Assembly: GCF_009914755.1 (NCBI RefSeq)
Contig: NC_060934.1
DNA: 64,000 nucleotides
Source of the DNA: the human T2T-CHM13v2.0 reference genome, Homo sapiens
Reading direction: 5' to 3' (one strand)
Position 1 is the first letter of the stretch; each line of letters opens with the position of its first letter. The position numbers were made by a program, and so were the translations under genes. This document shows, in pieces, positions 26,903 to 38,386 of this stretch. A model generated the notes under the pieces. It worked only from the letters and a program-made list of their open reading frames with translations. It ran no database searches and had not been told where the DNA came from.

Positions 26903-27095
26903 TTGCCCTTGGTAAGCCTGACTGGGGAAGTCCTCTCCAGCCTCCTCCAGAGCACAGCTCAAGTGTTTATTGACTGCTGCAGGGGGCAAGGACTCTGCTA
27001 AGTGCCAGGTTTCAGGGATTTAAAAATAACACTGGACTGGGGTTTGATGGCTAAGCAGATGAGCAGGTCTCACTATATGTAAACCAAGAGTCTCC
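26903..27095 (-). repeat. Right arm of 193-bp inverted repeat
   Basis: Reverse complement of 26112-26304 (~94% identity). Confidence 0.95.
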
Positions 27096-27114
27096 TTCCT
27101 GGTGGCCCCCATGT

Positions 27115-27225
27115 CTCTGCTCCCTGAGGGCAGGGGGAGCTCTGTTTGGGTTCGCCACCATGAGCCAGGAGTCTGCCCAGTGCCGGGCACCTGTAGATGC
27201 CCCAGAGATGCCGCTTAATCAATCA
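27115..27225 (+). mobile_element. L2 3'-end fragment
   Basis: GCTCCCTGAGGGCAGGG...CAGTGCCGGGCACCTGTAGATGCC resembles the L2 3' terminus. Confidence 0.5.
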
Positions 27226-27264
27226 GACAGAACAGCACAAGAGAGAAAGCCGCCCGCCCACAAG

Positions 27265-27745
27265 CCCACCCCGCTGTGCAGTCTAGGGCGAGTATCTCCA
27301 GGAGGGCCATAAACCCGCCCCACTGTGCGGTCTAGGGCCAGTATCTCCAGGAGGGCCACAAACCCGCCCCGCTGTGCGGTCTAGGGCGAGTATCTCCAGG
27401 AGGGCCACAAACCCGCCCCACTGTGCGGTCTAGGGCCAGTATCTCCAGGAGGGCCACAAACCCGCCCCGCTGTGCAGTCTAGGGCGAGTATCTCCAGGAG
27501 GGCCACAAACCCGCCCCACTGTGCGGTCTAGGGCCAGTATCTCCAGGAGGGCCACAAACCCGCCCCGCTGTGCAGTCTAGGGCGAGTATCTCCAGGAGGG
27601 CCACAAACCCGCCCCGCTGTGCGGTCTAGGGCCAGTATCTCCAGGAGGGCCACAAACCCGCCCCGCTGTGCGGTCTAGGGCGAATATCTGCAGGAGGGCC
27701 ACAAACCCACCCCGCTGTGTGATCTAGGGCGAATATCTGCAGGAA
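27265..27745 (+). repeat. 49-bp minisatellite (VNTR), ~9.8 copies
   Basis: Unit CCCGCCCC(A/G)CTGTGC(A/G)GTCTAGGGC(C/G)AGTATCTCCAGGAGGGCCACAAA starts at 27265, 27314, 27363, 27412, 27461, 27510, 27559, 27608, 27657 and 27706. Confidence 0.97.
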
Positions 27746-28214
27746 GGGGCTGTCTCCTGCACCAAGGGCGGGGGCGGCACAGCATACCTGGAGCGACTCT
27801 GGGTTAATGGGTGGAGCATTAAGAGCTCCTCCTGACCCAGCTGGGGCGCTAGCATGGACACCACTGATGGGATAGAATTTCAACCAGCCTTTCTGGAACC
27901 TGACTCATTTTATAGAAGAAAAAGGAACGAATAGAAAGGAAGACATGACTCCAGTGGTAAAACCCCGAAGAATCTTGGAAAGCCACGCTTTTGAAAGCAC
28001 CCAGCCCAGGACATCTCACATGAAAGTTGTGGCCCCGCACTCTGTGTGTGGCAGCAGGTGCGCTGCCAGATGAGAAGGGCCCAGTAACCATGAAGGACCA
28101 TGATGGCTGGTGGTGCCCAGTGGAGTGATCACTATTGTCTGGGGCAGAAGGGGGCACCAGGGTGGGTGCAGAGGTCTCTGGGCCTAGAGTCAGCAGCTGG
28201 CAGTCCTAGCTCTC

Positions 28215-28290
28215 CTGCCTGAGGTTTGGTTTCCTCATCCTCAAAATGGGGATCCCAGTGCCCACCAGAAGGCTGTTGTGAGCCTGAGGT
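28215..28290 (+). mobile_element. MIR fragment
   Basis: GGTTTCCTCATCCTCAAAATGGGGAT...GGCTGTTGTGAG is the MIR core. Confidence 0.6.
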
Positions 28291-31200
28291 GCCCTCGGTG
28301 GTCTGGGGACAGGGAGGGGTAGCCTGGAAGAAGCTGCCTTGTGATCTCTGGGCAGGACCAAAGAAGCTCCAGCATAGACAGAGTCAGCCTCATCGGCTAA
28401 AAGTACACAAAGCAAACAAGAGAAAACAGCGAGTTTGAGCGGGAACCAACTGGGAATCACGTTCTGGAAAAAGAAATCACTTTCGATGGTCAGGAAGAAT
28501 GTGCTGGATCGCAGTGGGCAAGGGGTCCCTGAAGCAGCTTTCTCCAGCTGGGCACGACTGACGGCGGGGGTGGTCACTGCAGTGGGGCCATCCTGGGCAC
28601 CGCAGGGTGTTAGCAGCATCCTCAGTCTCAACTCACTTTGCCTGGAATAAACCCTCCCCGCATTGGTCACAACCAAAAAGGCCTCTGGATGTTGTCAGAT
28701 GTCACCTGGGGGAAAAGTCACCCCAGGCCAAGAACCCCTGCAGACAATCACCAAGCTGCCGGCGTCCCCTGGGCAGAGGATACCCCCGACCATGGGGCCT
28801 CACCGATCCCTGTGGAGGTTTGGCCCCAGGCCCAAGGACCACAAGAAAGGGCAGCAGCCTCCACTAGGCCACCGGCTCCTGTTTCAAAGGTCTCTGTGTC
28901 CATGCCACCTTTGCAGCCAGCCCACGGCAGCCTGAGTGACAGGCCTGGCTACCTCAACAGAGGAGGATGTCTGCGTGAAGAACTGCTGCCCGTCCTGAGC
29001 ACCTGGCCTGAAGAGAGGACCCCTGGGGGTTGTCCCAGCACAGAAGGTGACAGCCACAGACTGAGACCCATTAAAGAACTGGGATGTGGCTGGCATCTGG
29101 GGATATGGGCATCAGCACCCTCAAATGCTGAGGCCTCAAACACGAAGGCCGCCCTGTCCTCCTGAGCCCCACACCTGCCGTCCCATCCCAGCTCACTAGC
29201 CAGCCACATCCGCCCAAGCCTGGCCCGCCCCCTGTCTCTTGCTCATCCCTGTGTGTCACATGCCATTGACCCGCTGTCCCCTGCAGACGGACATGAGGGC
29301 AGAACCGGTCAGCTTGTTATGGGGGTGGCCCCACGTCCCAGAGTAGCATAGGCTCATGAGGGCTGAGCCAAAGCTCCCTGAATCCATTGGGAGGCCTTGA
29401 GGGGTGACCAGGCTCATGCCAGCCCTGCCTCGAATTCCCCTGCTGTAGACATAAGTTCTGGATGCTCCATTCTTTGCCCAACAAGAGCAGAGTCCTCTCT
29501 CTCCCTCCAGCCATGGCCCCCGAGCCCTCCTCAATTATCCGAAGTGGGCTGATTCCCACTCACAACGAGGCCCTGCCCAGAGTGGGATGCATCCCCCCAG
29601 CCAAGGAACAGAGGATGGAGATAGTGTCCCAAGACAGCATAGCAGGTCAGCAGCAGGGCCAGGGGCCAAGCCAGGCCACACAGGCCCCAGTGCCCACTGT
29701 GTGGGAAGCCACACCCCACCCGTGCCCCCCGGCCCTCAGCACCTACTGTTTGTGCATAAATACAAACTCTGTAGGGTGGGGGGTGCCTTGGTCCTCCCTA
29801 TACCCCATAGCCCCTGGAGGGCAGGTCTGGGTTTAGGGGAGCTTTGTAAACATTTCATGGGGTGAAACTGAACTTCATGGGGACAGAAAGGCGTGCACCA
29901 CACTCTGCTCTCTTCCCGGCTCTCGCCGTCCTTGCACGGCAGGCTGTGGTCTGCGTACCTACAGCGATGCCCTGCATGATGCCAGCCACAAGGACCCTTC
30001 CCTAGGCAAACGAACCCCTGCGTCACGGACTGTGAACCCCGACTGCAGCCCTCCTGACCCTGATGTGGGGCTGGGGGCTGACGGGACCACCCAGAGCTGC
30101 CCACATCTTACACAACCCAGCACACAGCCAGGGGGCTGAAGAAAGGAAGGTGGTTGGGGCTCCTCTCTGCAGACCAGAGGCATGGAAGGAGGGTTCCAGA
30201 TGGGCTCAGGGTGAGGCCACCCCGACCATGTGACCAGTCGGAGCTGGTCAGCACCCAGACCTTCCCCATCTCCTCTTTCAGGCCCTGGAGTCAGCTGTGT
30301 GCCTGCCCCTCTCCGGGTCTCGGCTTCTCTCTCTATAGAATGGGCTGGGTGAGGGGTAACCCGAATATCTCCACTCTTGCGCCAAACTGTCAGAATGGCA
30401 TAAGAACATCCTGTTGATAACGGCAGCAACAATCATGTGTTACTGTTGTTATTATTTTGAACCGCAGCAGCAGGCCACAGTCCACAAGCCACGTGCCTTC
30501 CATAGTGACTTCATGAAGCACTCGGTGACAGAAGCTGCTCAACAGTAGAATCATTTTGCAATAGAAAAAGTGTGATGCCCTCCTCAGGTCTAATTACTGT
30601 AAGCGGGGATGATGTAGACACTCAGTAAAACATACTGCAGCCTCAGACAATCTTAAAAAGAAGAACAAAGCTGGAACTCACACTGCCTGATTTCAAACCT
30701 TACTACAAAGCTACAGTAACCAAAACAGTGTGGTGCTGGCATAAAGACAGACATACAGACCAATGGGACAGAATGGAGAGCCCAGGAGTAAACCCTCACA
30801 CATATGGTGAAGAGATTTCAACAAAGGTGCTAAGGCCACTGAACAGGGAGTGGGTGGTCTTTTCAATAAATGGTGCTGGGAAAGCTGGACTCCGACATGC
30901 AAAAGAGTAAAATTGGACCCTTACACATATATAACAACATATACAAAAATTAACTCCAAATGGATCAAAGACCTAAAAGTGAGACCCAAAACCATAAAAC
31001 TCTTAAAAGAAAACAGAGGGCAAAGATGTCGCAACATTGGATTTGATTTCTTGGCTACGGCACCAAAGACAAAGTCAGCAAAAGAAAAAAAATAGACAAT
31101 TTGGACTTCATGAAAATTCAAAAGTTTTGTACATCAAAAGATTCCATCAACCAAGTGAAATGGCAAGTCACAGAATGGAATAAACTACTTGCAAACCAAG

Positions 31201-31443
31201 TATCTATAAGGGATTTTATCCAGAATATAGAGAGAACTCCTAAACCTCAACACCAACGAAATGATTCAAAAATGGACAAAGGACCTGGAATAGCCGTTTG
31301 CCCAAAGAAGACATACAAATGGCCGATGTATGTCTTCTTGGGAAGATGCTCAGCCCCTCTCAAAGAGGGAAATGCAAATCCAAGCCACACTGAGATAGAG
31401 CTCCTCACCCATTAGGATGGCTGCTATCAGAAAACAGAAAACA

Positions 31444-31768
31444 GGCCAGGCGCAGAGGCTCATGCCTGTAATCTCAGCACTTCGGGAGGCCAAGGCAGGT
31501 GGATCACCTGAGGTCAAGAGATCGAGAACAGCCTGGCCAACATGGTGAAACCCCATCTCTGCTAAAAATACAAACATTAGCCAGGCGTGATGGTACGTAC
31601 CTGTAATCCCAGCTATTCAGGAGACTGAGGCAGGAGAATCACTTGAACCCGGGAAGTGGAGGTTGCAGGGAGCCAAGCTCAAGCCACTTCACTCCAGCCT
31701 GGGCAACAGAGTGAGACTCCGTCTCAAACAACAACAACAACAAAAAAAAAAAAAAACAAAAAACAAAA
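31444..31768 (+). mobile_element. Alu (AluS-type) inserted in the L1
   Basis: Dimeric Alu with (CAA)n/A tail. Duplicated flank AAAACAGAAAA. Confidence 0.95.
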
Positions 31769-31977
31769 AACAGAAAATAGGTACTGGTGAGGATGGAGAA
31801 ACTGGAACCCTTGAGCACCCCACTGTGGGTGTGGATGAGAAACAGTGCGGGCCCTGTGGAAAATAGTATGGCAGCTCCTGAAATAATTAAAAATAGAACT
31901 ACCCTATGATTCAGCAATCCCACATCTCCGTGTATACACAAGAGAATTGCAAGCCAGGTTTTAAAGAGGTATCTGTG

Positions 31978-32274
31978 TTTCTTTCTTTTTTCTTGAGACA
32001 TAGGTTCTGCTCTGTTGCCCGAGCTAGAGTGCCGTAGCATGATCATGGCTCACTGTAGCCTCGACTGCCTGGCCTCAAGCAATCCTCCTGCCTCAGCCTC
32101 TTGAGTAGCTGTGACCACAGGCATGTGCCACCACGCCTGGCTAATTTAAAAAAAAAATTTGTGAAGATGGAGGTCTCACTATGTTGCTTAGGCTGGTCTC
32201 AAACTCCACGGCTCAAGTGATCCTCCTACCTCCCGAAGCGCCGAGATGACAGGCATGAGCTACGGCACCCGGCC
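31978..32274 (-). mobile_element. Alu (AluJ-type), minus strand, inserted in the L1
   Basis: T-rich tail, then TGAGACA...GATCATGGCTCACTGTAGCCTCG...CTCAAGCAATCCTCCTGCC...CCCGGCC. Confidence 0.93.
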
Positions 32275-32417
32275 TGAAGAGTCCTTGCACGTCCGTGTTC
32301 ACAGCAGCATTACTCACAACTGCTAAAATGTGGAAGCCACCCAAGTATCCATCAATGGGTGAATGGATAAGCAAAATGTGGTGTGTGTGTGCACGCGTGT
32401 GTGTGTGTGTGCGTGTG

Positions 32418-32464
32418 TACGGTTGGTGCAAAAGTAATTGCAGTTTTTGCCATTGAAAGTAATG
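32418..32464. mobile_element. Half MADE1 (Hsmar1-derived MITE)
   Basis: GGTTGGTGCAAAAGTAATTGCAGTTTTTGCCATTGAAAGTAATGG matches one MADE1 inverted repeat plus the spacer. The second arm is absent after the Alu. It follows a (TG)n tract at 32378-32418. Confidence 0.85.
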
Positions 32465-32966
<502 letters not shown>

Positions 32967-33469
32967 TTAATGCACTGAACTATATACTTGAAAATGGTTA
33001 CAATGATAAATTTTATGTTATATATATTTACCACACTAAGAAAATTGGAAAAAAAAATAAAAACAAAAAACATGTTCCAATCACGCTGAACTGATGTTTC
33101 CAGGAGGTAAACATCCAACACAAAGCCCACGCACCACGTAGCTCCTTCCGCTGGTCTAGTGCACGAGAATTCTCAAAAGCCCACCATGAAGAATCCAGGA
33201 CAGTTAGGAAAGCAGCCTGTGCCTCACTGCCACTGGGGGCCAGTGAAGATCTGTGGAATCCCTAAACTGGAATTTGTGCATTAATAGCCCTGATACCTTT
33301 AGAGCATCTTGAACAAGAAACACAAAGTGGGCAAAGTGTCACACTGAAATGCTGAGAGACATCTGAGGACAGGGGGCGTGACTGGCAAAACTGCACTGTT
33401 TTTAACTGAGAAGGATTTCAGTTCCTTATGAAGACACCTTCACTGCTTCCCGAGGTGCTGTGTCGCAGC

Positions 33470-33545
33470 CATTCATTCATTCATTCATTCATTCATAATG
33501 AATACCGAGAGCATCTGACGGGTGCCAGTCCCGTGCCAGGCAGGA
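33470..33545 (-). mobile_element. L2 3'-end fragment with (CATT)n tail
   Basis: CATTCATTCATTCATTCAT...GAGCATCTGACGGGTGCCAGTCCCGTGCCAGG. Confidence 0.55.
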
Positions 33546-33653
33546 CGAGAATGGTGGAACGCACACCTTGGCGCCAGCCCGCAAGAGCATGGACTCCAGT
33601 GGGGAAGGGAGTCCCCCTTCCTGAGACCCTGTGGAGGGACTGTGCAAGGCCTA

Positions 33654-33814
33654 GAGAGTGATGCACACGGCCTGGCTGGTGTGAAGGTGGGGGTGCAGGG
33701 AGAACAGGGGAGGCTTCAAGGTGTGGCTGGGATTTGGACAGGTGGAGCTGGCACCACACACACAGACCCTGGGCTGAAACTCTTAGGACAATCCGCGGTG
33801 CATGGACCACTCAG
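33654..33814 (+). repeat. Donor copy of the segment inserted into the Alu
   Basis: GAGAGTGATGCACACGGCCTGGCTGGTGTG...GGGCTGAAACTCTTAGGACAAT...GACCACTCAG. Confidence 0.93.
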
Positions 33815-35519
33815 CCCAAAGCAGTGAAACCTCGTGTCACCCCAAAGCTCCACAGGGAAGCATCTCAGGGCTTGGGGGGTGGAGACAGCCTGTGGCCAAG
33901 TGGCCAGGGAGGGGGCTGGGCAGACTGGAGCACCCACTGGCACCTTCAAGGGCGGCTGGGACAGGCTTACTCACTACCCAAAAAAGGTGTGGAATAAACA
34001 AAAGAAAAACAAACATGGGAGAATGGAAAGAGGGTGCTCCAGGAAACGAGGATGCCCCTCCGCTGGAGGGGGTGTGCCTCACTGGAGGACACACATAGCC
34101 AAGGCCCTGCATGTCAGAGTGTGGAACCAGCAGGAGCCACGGCCAGCACTGCCCACCCCACGTGGAGGCTTCAGGTGTGCTCAGCGTTCCCTGAAACGGG
34201 GCTCCAGAGCCTGCTCCCGGGGGACAGGCTGCAAGGTGGGCGAGGTGCCGATTCAGGGCTTCTTGGGACTCTGAACAGGTGGGCATCCTCCACCGTGGCC
34301 CCAGGAACCGCTGCTCCCTTGGGCAGTGCCATTGGCCACGAGAGGAAGTCAGGCACATCTTTTTTGGCTTGTTTTGTTTTTAGCAAACCTAAAAGCCTGA
34401 AGAGCCACTGCCAGTCCATTCAGTTGCTTATTGCCTGAGAAGCGACACAACCGACCAGGCTCCCGGGCGATGGGGACAAATAAAAATGCCCGTTCCCATT
34501 CTGTTCTCAGCTGCACAAACCAGCACATGGCCAGGAGGAACCAGCACCAGCATGACGTGGGCTTGGTCCCCGTGGTGGCCATTCTGGTTTCACATATTTT
34601 TAAGTGAAAAGTGGATGCAACATATTTCTAAATTCAATTAAATACATAAAAAGTTAATTTCCCATAAATACCCTCAGAGAGCAACAAGATCTATATACCA
34701 TCTTCATGCAATTGTAATCAATTCAACCATAATCTCCCCTTACAAAAGGCACAGAAAGCCTTGGGGCCCAGGACACGTGGTTCCATCTACTAAGCCAACA
34801 CGTGGCCCCACCAGAGAGACTCCAACAGCGCCTGCAGGTGGCTGCTCAGCCTGCAAACACACCCTGGCAACGACGGGGAGCTCACCCCTTCTCGGGCAGC
34901 CATGCCTCCTATGCTGACATCTCCCACCCTGAACCCATGCCTCTGGAATGTGAGGATCTTGCATTTCTTCATAGTCGTCTTCTTCCTTTCGGCCCTCCCT
35001 CTGCCCTTTGAGTCTACCTGCCCTGAGATGTCCCCTGAGGACAGTTGGGTCCCTTATCCACTGGGTTAGGGCTCCTCCCTGCTCAGTTATTTGAGGAGAG
35101 TCTGCTATGTAAGCAGCTCTCCTGGCCATCCCACGTCTGTGCACGATGCTCCCCTCCTCTGCCCTGCTCAGTTAGGACACAGGGATGGGGAGGTGGAGTC
35201 TCCACAGGCAAACTCTATTTCCACCCCACCGTCTGCATGTTGTCAAGTGCTCGGTGGAGAGCTTGAGATTCCCAGCCCAGGACTGGTGCTGGCTTCTCCA
35301 GGCCCCCACTGTCTGCTACCAGAAATGGGGAGAAGACTGGCAGAAATGAGATCTAATAGGAACCGTTACTATTCCGAGCAATGCCACTTGCCCTGCAAAC
35401 TCAAGACGTCCAGCCGAGTAAAGAACAGTTCGGTCAGCCTCATGCGAAAACGACTCAGGCAGAAACCTGACAGACGTGTGAACAGACGTGTGAAGCATTG
35501 TAAGCTTTAAAAGCACGTT

Positions 35520-36280
35520 TACGATCATAAAAATAACTGATGCCCATTGTAGAAACTTTTGAAAATACCTAAAAGTATACAAAAAATATAAAAATTAATT
35601 ATAAACTCGCCAGCCAGAGCTAACCACAATTATTAGTCTGATTATTTCCTCACAATCCCATTTCTGCATATTTAAACAAAACTGGGATCATCCAGTACAC
35701 ACATTTTTATATCATTTTTGCCTAATTTTACGTGGTAAGAACGTTTCCATTGTATGCACTAATCCGCCTTCTCCAGGATTCCAGTACAGGGACCTTCCAT
35801 AATTTATTTCACAGCTCCCTGTTGTGGGGCAGAAAGCTTCCTAAACTTTATTGTGAAAACACCACAATGCAGTCTTCATTCATAAATTATCTGCATTTCT
35901 AGGTGCTTAGGAGATATTCCTAGACAGAGAATGTGGATTCTGTGTGCAAACTAAGGCCCTCACCGTCTGCTACCAGAAACCTCCCACAGGACATTTTGGC
36001 AATTGCTTCCTGGGAGGCCCATCTTCGCTTACTCCACTAGGTCAGAGAAGGCCAGGCCATTGCATGTTTTCTGTTCTGAGAGTCAGTTTACGGCTGACCA
36101 TTGAGATGAGCACTGCAATAATCACTGTCTCCACTGGCAAATCCTGTGATGTGCTATCAGGAGAACGCTGCTGACACGGCCATGCCAGTCTGTTCTGTGA
36201 ACTTTTCCATATCTTTCATTCATTTGATAATCCATTAGCAGTTAGATTTTGTCACATTTGTGGCAATATTAGTAAAACGG
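35520..36280 (-). mobile_element. Highly decayed L1ME-type fragment
   Basis: CCCATTGTAGAAACTTTTGAAAATAC...CAGCCAGAGCTAACCAC...AAACTGGGATCAT...GATATTCCTAGA resembles the antisense L1ME 3' region. Confidence 0.5.
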
Positions 36281-36409
36281 CCAGAGTGGTCTGGAGTGTG
36301 GGGAGTCCTTGCAGGTGATCCCCATGAGGTTACAAACAAGGAGACCCTCGGGCTGTGCTCAGACATTTCAGAATGATGGAGTTTCATTCCTTGATAGGAC
36401 TCGATGTAG

Positions 36410-36811
<402 letters not shown>

Positions 36812-37123
36812 AGGAGGATGGCCTTCTTAATAATGCCTTGGAAAGCCTTGTTGATACACTGCTGATAGATATTAAGATGGAAATAGAATTTGGAGCAAGG
36901 ACATTCAAATCAGTAATGCGTCTGGATGGGCAGACCCTAGACCCAGTCCAAGGAGGCCCCCATGTCAGACGTGGAGCCCCATGCTTTGTCCACGAGAGAG
37001 GGCCACAGAGCACCATGGTGCCATCAAGGTGGCATCCTCAAAATGCACACACAAGTGATTGTTCTGCACCCAACTCTGAGAGTTACTAAGTTGCCACAGA
37101 AATTAGAGACCACAGAACTATGG

Positions 37124-38386
37124 TGTGATGTTTGTTTTAGGTGTCAACATGACTAGATTAAGGAATACTTAGAGAACTGGTCAAACATCATTTCTGGGTG
37201 TGTCTGTGAGGGTGTTTCCAGAGGAGCTTGGGGTGTGAGTCTGAGCACACTGGGTAGGGAAGGTCCACCCTCAATGTGGGTGGGTGCCATCATTGGTTAG
37301 GGGCCCGGAGAGAACAAAAACAGAGGAAAGGTGAGTGTCTCCCTCTGTCTGCCGGAGCTGGGACTCTTCCTCCCCTGTCCCTGGACATCAGAACTTCAGG
37401 CTCCAGGCCTTTGCACTCTGGGATTCACACCAGCAGTCCCGTAGGTGCTCAGGCCTTCGCCCTCAGATTGAGGATTACACCACCAACTTCTACAGTTCTG
37501 AGGCCTTCAGACTTGGCCTGAGCCGTGATACCAGCATCCCAGGGTCTCCAGCTTGCAGGCAATCTGTCATGGGACTTCTCAGCCTCATAATCCTGTGAGC
37601 CAATTCCCTTAACAAATCCCCCTCTCATATATCTATATCTATATCTGTCTATATCTATCTCTATATTAACAAATCCCCCTCTCATATACCTATATCTGTC
37701 TATATCTATCTCTATATTAACAAATCCCCCTCTCATATACCTATATCTATACCTGTCTATATCTATCTCTATATTAACAAATCCCCCTCTCATATATCTA
37801 TATCTATATCTGTCTATATCTATCTCTATATTAACAAATCCCCCTCTCATATATCTATATCTATACCTGTCTATATCTATCTCTATATTAACAAATCCCC
37901 CTCTCATATATCTGTATCTGTCTATATCTATCTCTATATTAACAAATCCCCCTCTCATATACCTATATCTATACCTGTCTATATCTATCTCTATATTAAC
38001 AAATCCCCCTCTCATATATCTATATCTGTATCTGTCTATATCTATCTCTATATTAACAAATCCCCCTCTCATATACCTATATCTGTCTATATCTATCTCT
38101 ATATTAACAAATCCCCCTCTCATATATCTATATCTATCTTTATATTAACAAATCCCCCTCTCATATATCTATATCTCTACATTAACAAATCCCCCTCTCA
38201 TATACCTATATCTGTCTATATCTATCTCTATATTAACAAATCCCCCCATATATCTGTATCTATATCTGTCTATATCTATCTCTATATTAACAAATCCCCC
38301 TCTCATATACCTATATCTGTATCTGTCTATATCTATCTCTATATCTCCTATTGGTTCTGTCTTTCTGGAAAACTCTGACTAATACC
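37124..38386 (+). mobile_element. Solo MLT2 (ERVL) LTR, probably MLT2B-type, with internal VNTR
   Basis: Starts TGTGATG...GTGTCAAC...CATTTCTGGGTGTGTCTGTGAGGGTGTTTCCAG and ends CCTATTGGTTCTGT...CTGACTAATAC(C). 5-bp TSD TATGG at 37119-37123 and 38387-38391. Confidence 0.9.
37609..38345 (+). repeat. AT-rich minisatellite, 14 copies, mostly 51 or 57 bp
   Basis: AACAAATCCCC recurs at 37611, 37668, 37719, 37776, 37833, 37890, 37941, 37998, 38055, 38106, 38147, 38184, 38235 and 38289. Confidence 0.97.

Noticed and set aside
26112-27095. Interpretation of the inverted repeat as terminal repeats of a novel DNA transposon
   Set aside because: No target-site duplication, no transposase remnant in the spacer and no known TIR end motif. 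A local inverted duplication is more parsimonious unless additional genomic copies are found.
27265-27745. Regularly spaced repeats that could be mistaken for a CRISPR array
   Set aside because: Units are head-to-tail with no unique spacers, there are no cas genes and the DNA is primate. It is a minisatellite.
30728-31415. ORFs resembling the LINE-1 ORF2 C-terminus
   Set aside because: Frameshifted, stop-riddled fragments of an ancient truncated L1; not an active or domesticated gene.
34740-35144. ORFs with somewhat protein-like stretches (EEDDYEEMQDPH; MKKCKILTFQRHGFRVGDVSIGG)
   Set aside because: No recognisable homologue, and no convincing splice-site or codon-bias support that I can establish.
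35470-35493. 12-bp tandem duplication ACAGACGTGTGA x2
   Set aside because: Ordinary slippage duplication with no further structure.
37449-38123. 224-aa ORF of repeated MRGGFVNIEIDIDRYRY(RY)
   Set aside because: By-product of the 51/57-bp VNTR (both multiples of 3) read antisense inside an MLT2 LTR. No evidence of a real gene.
37609-38345. Constant motif with variable-length intervening sequence (CRISPR-like look)
   Set aside because: The intervening parts are the same (TATATC)n-derived sequence, not unique spacers.
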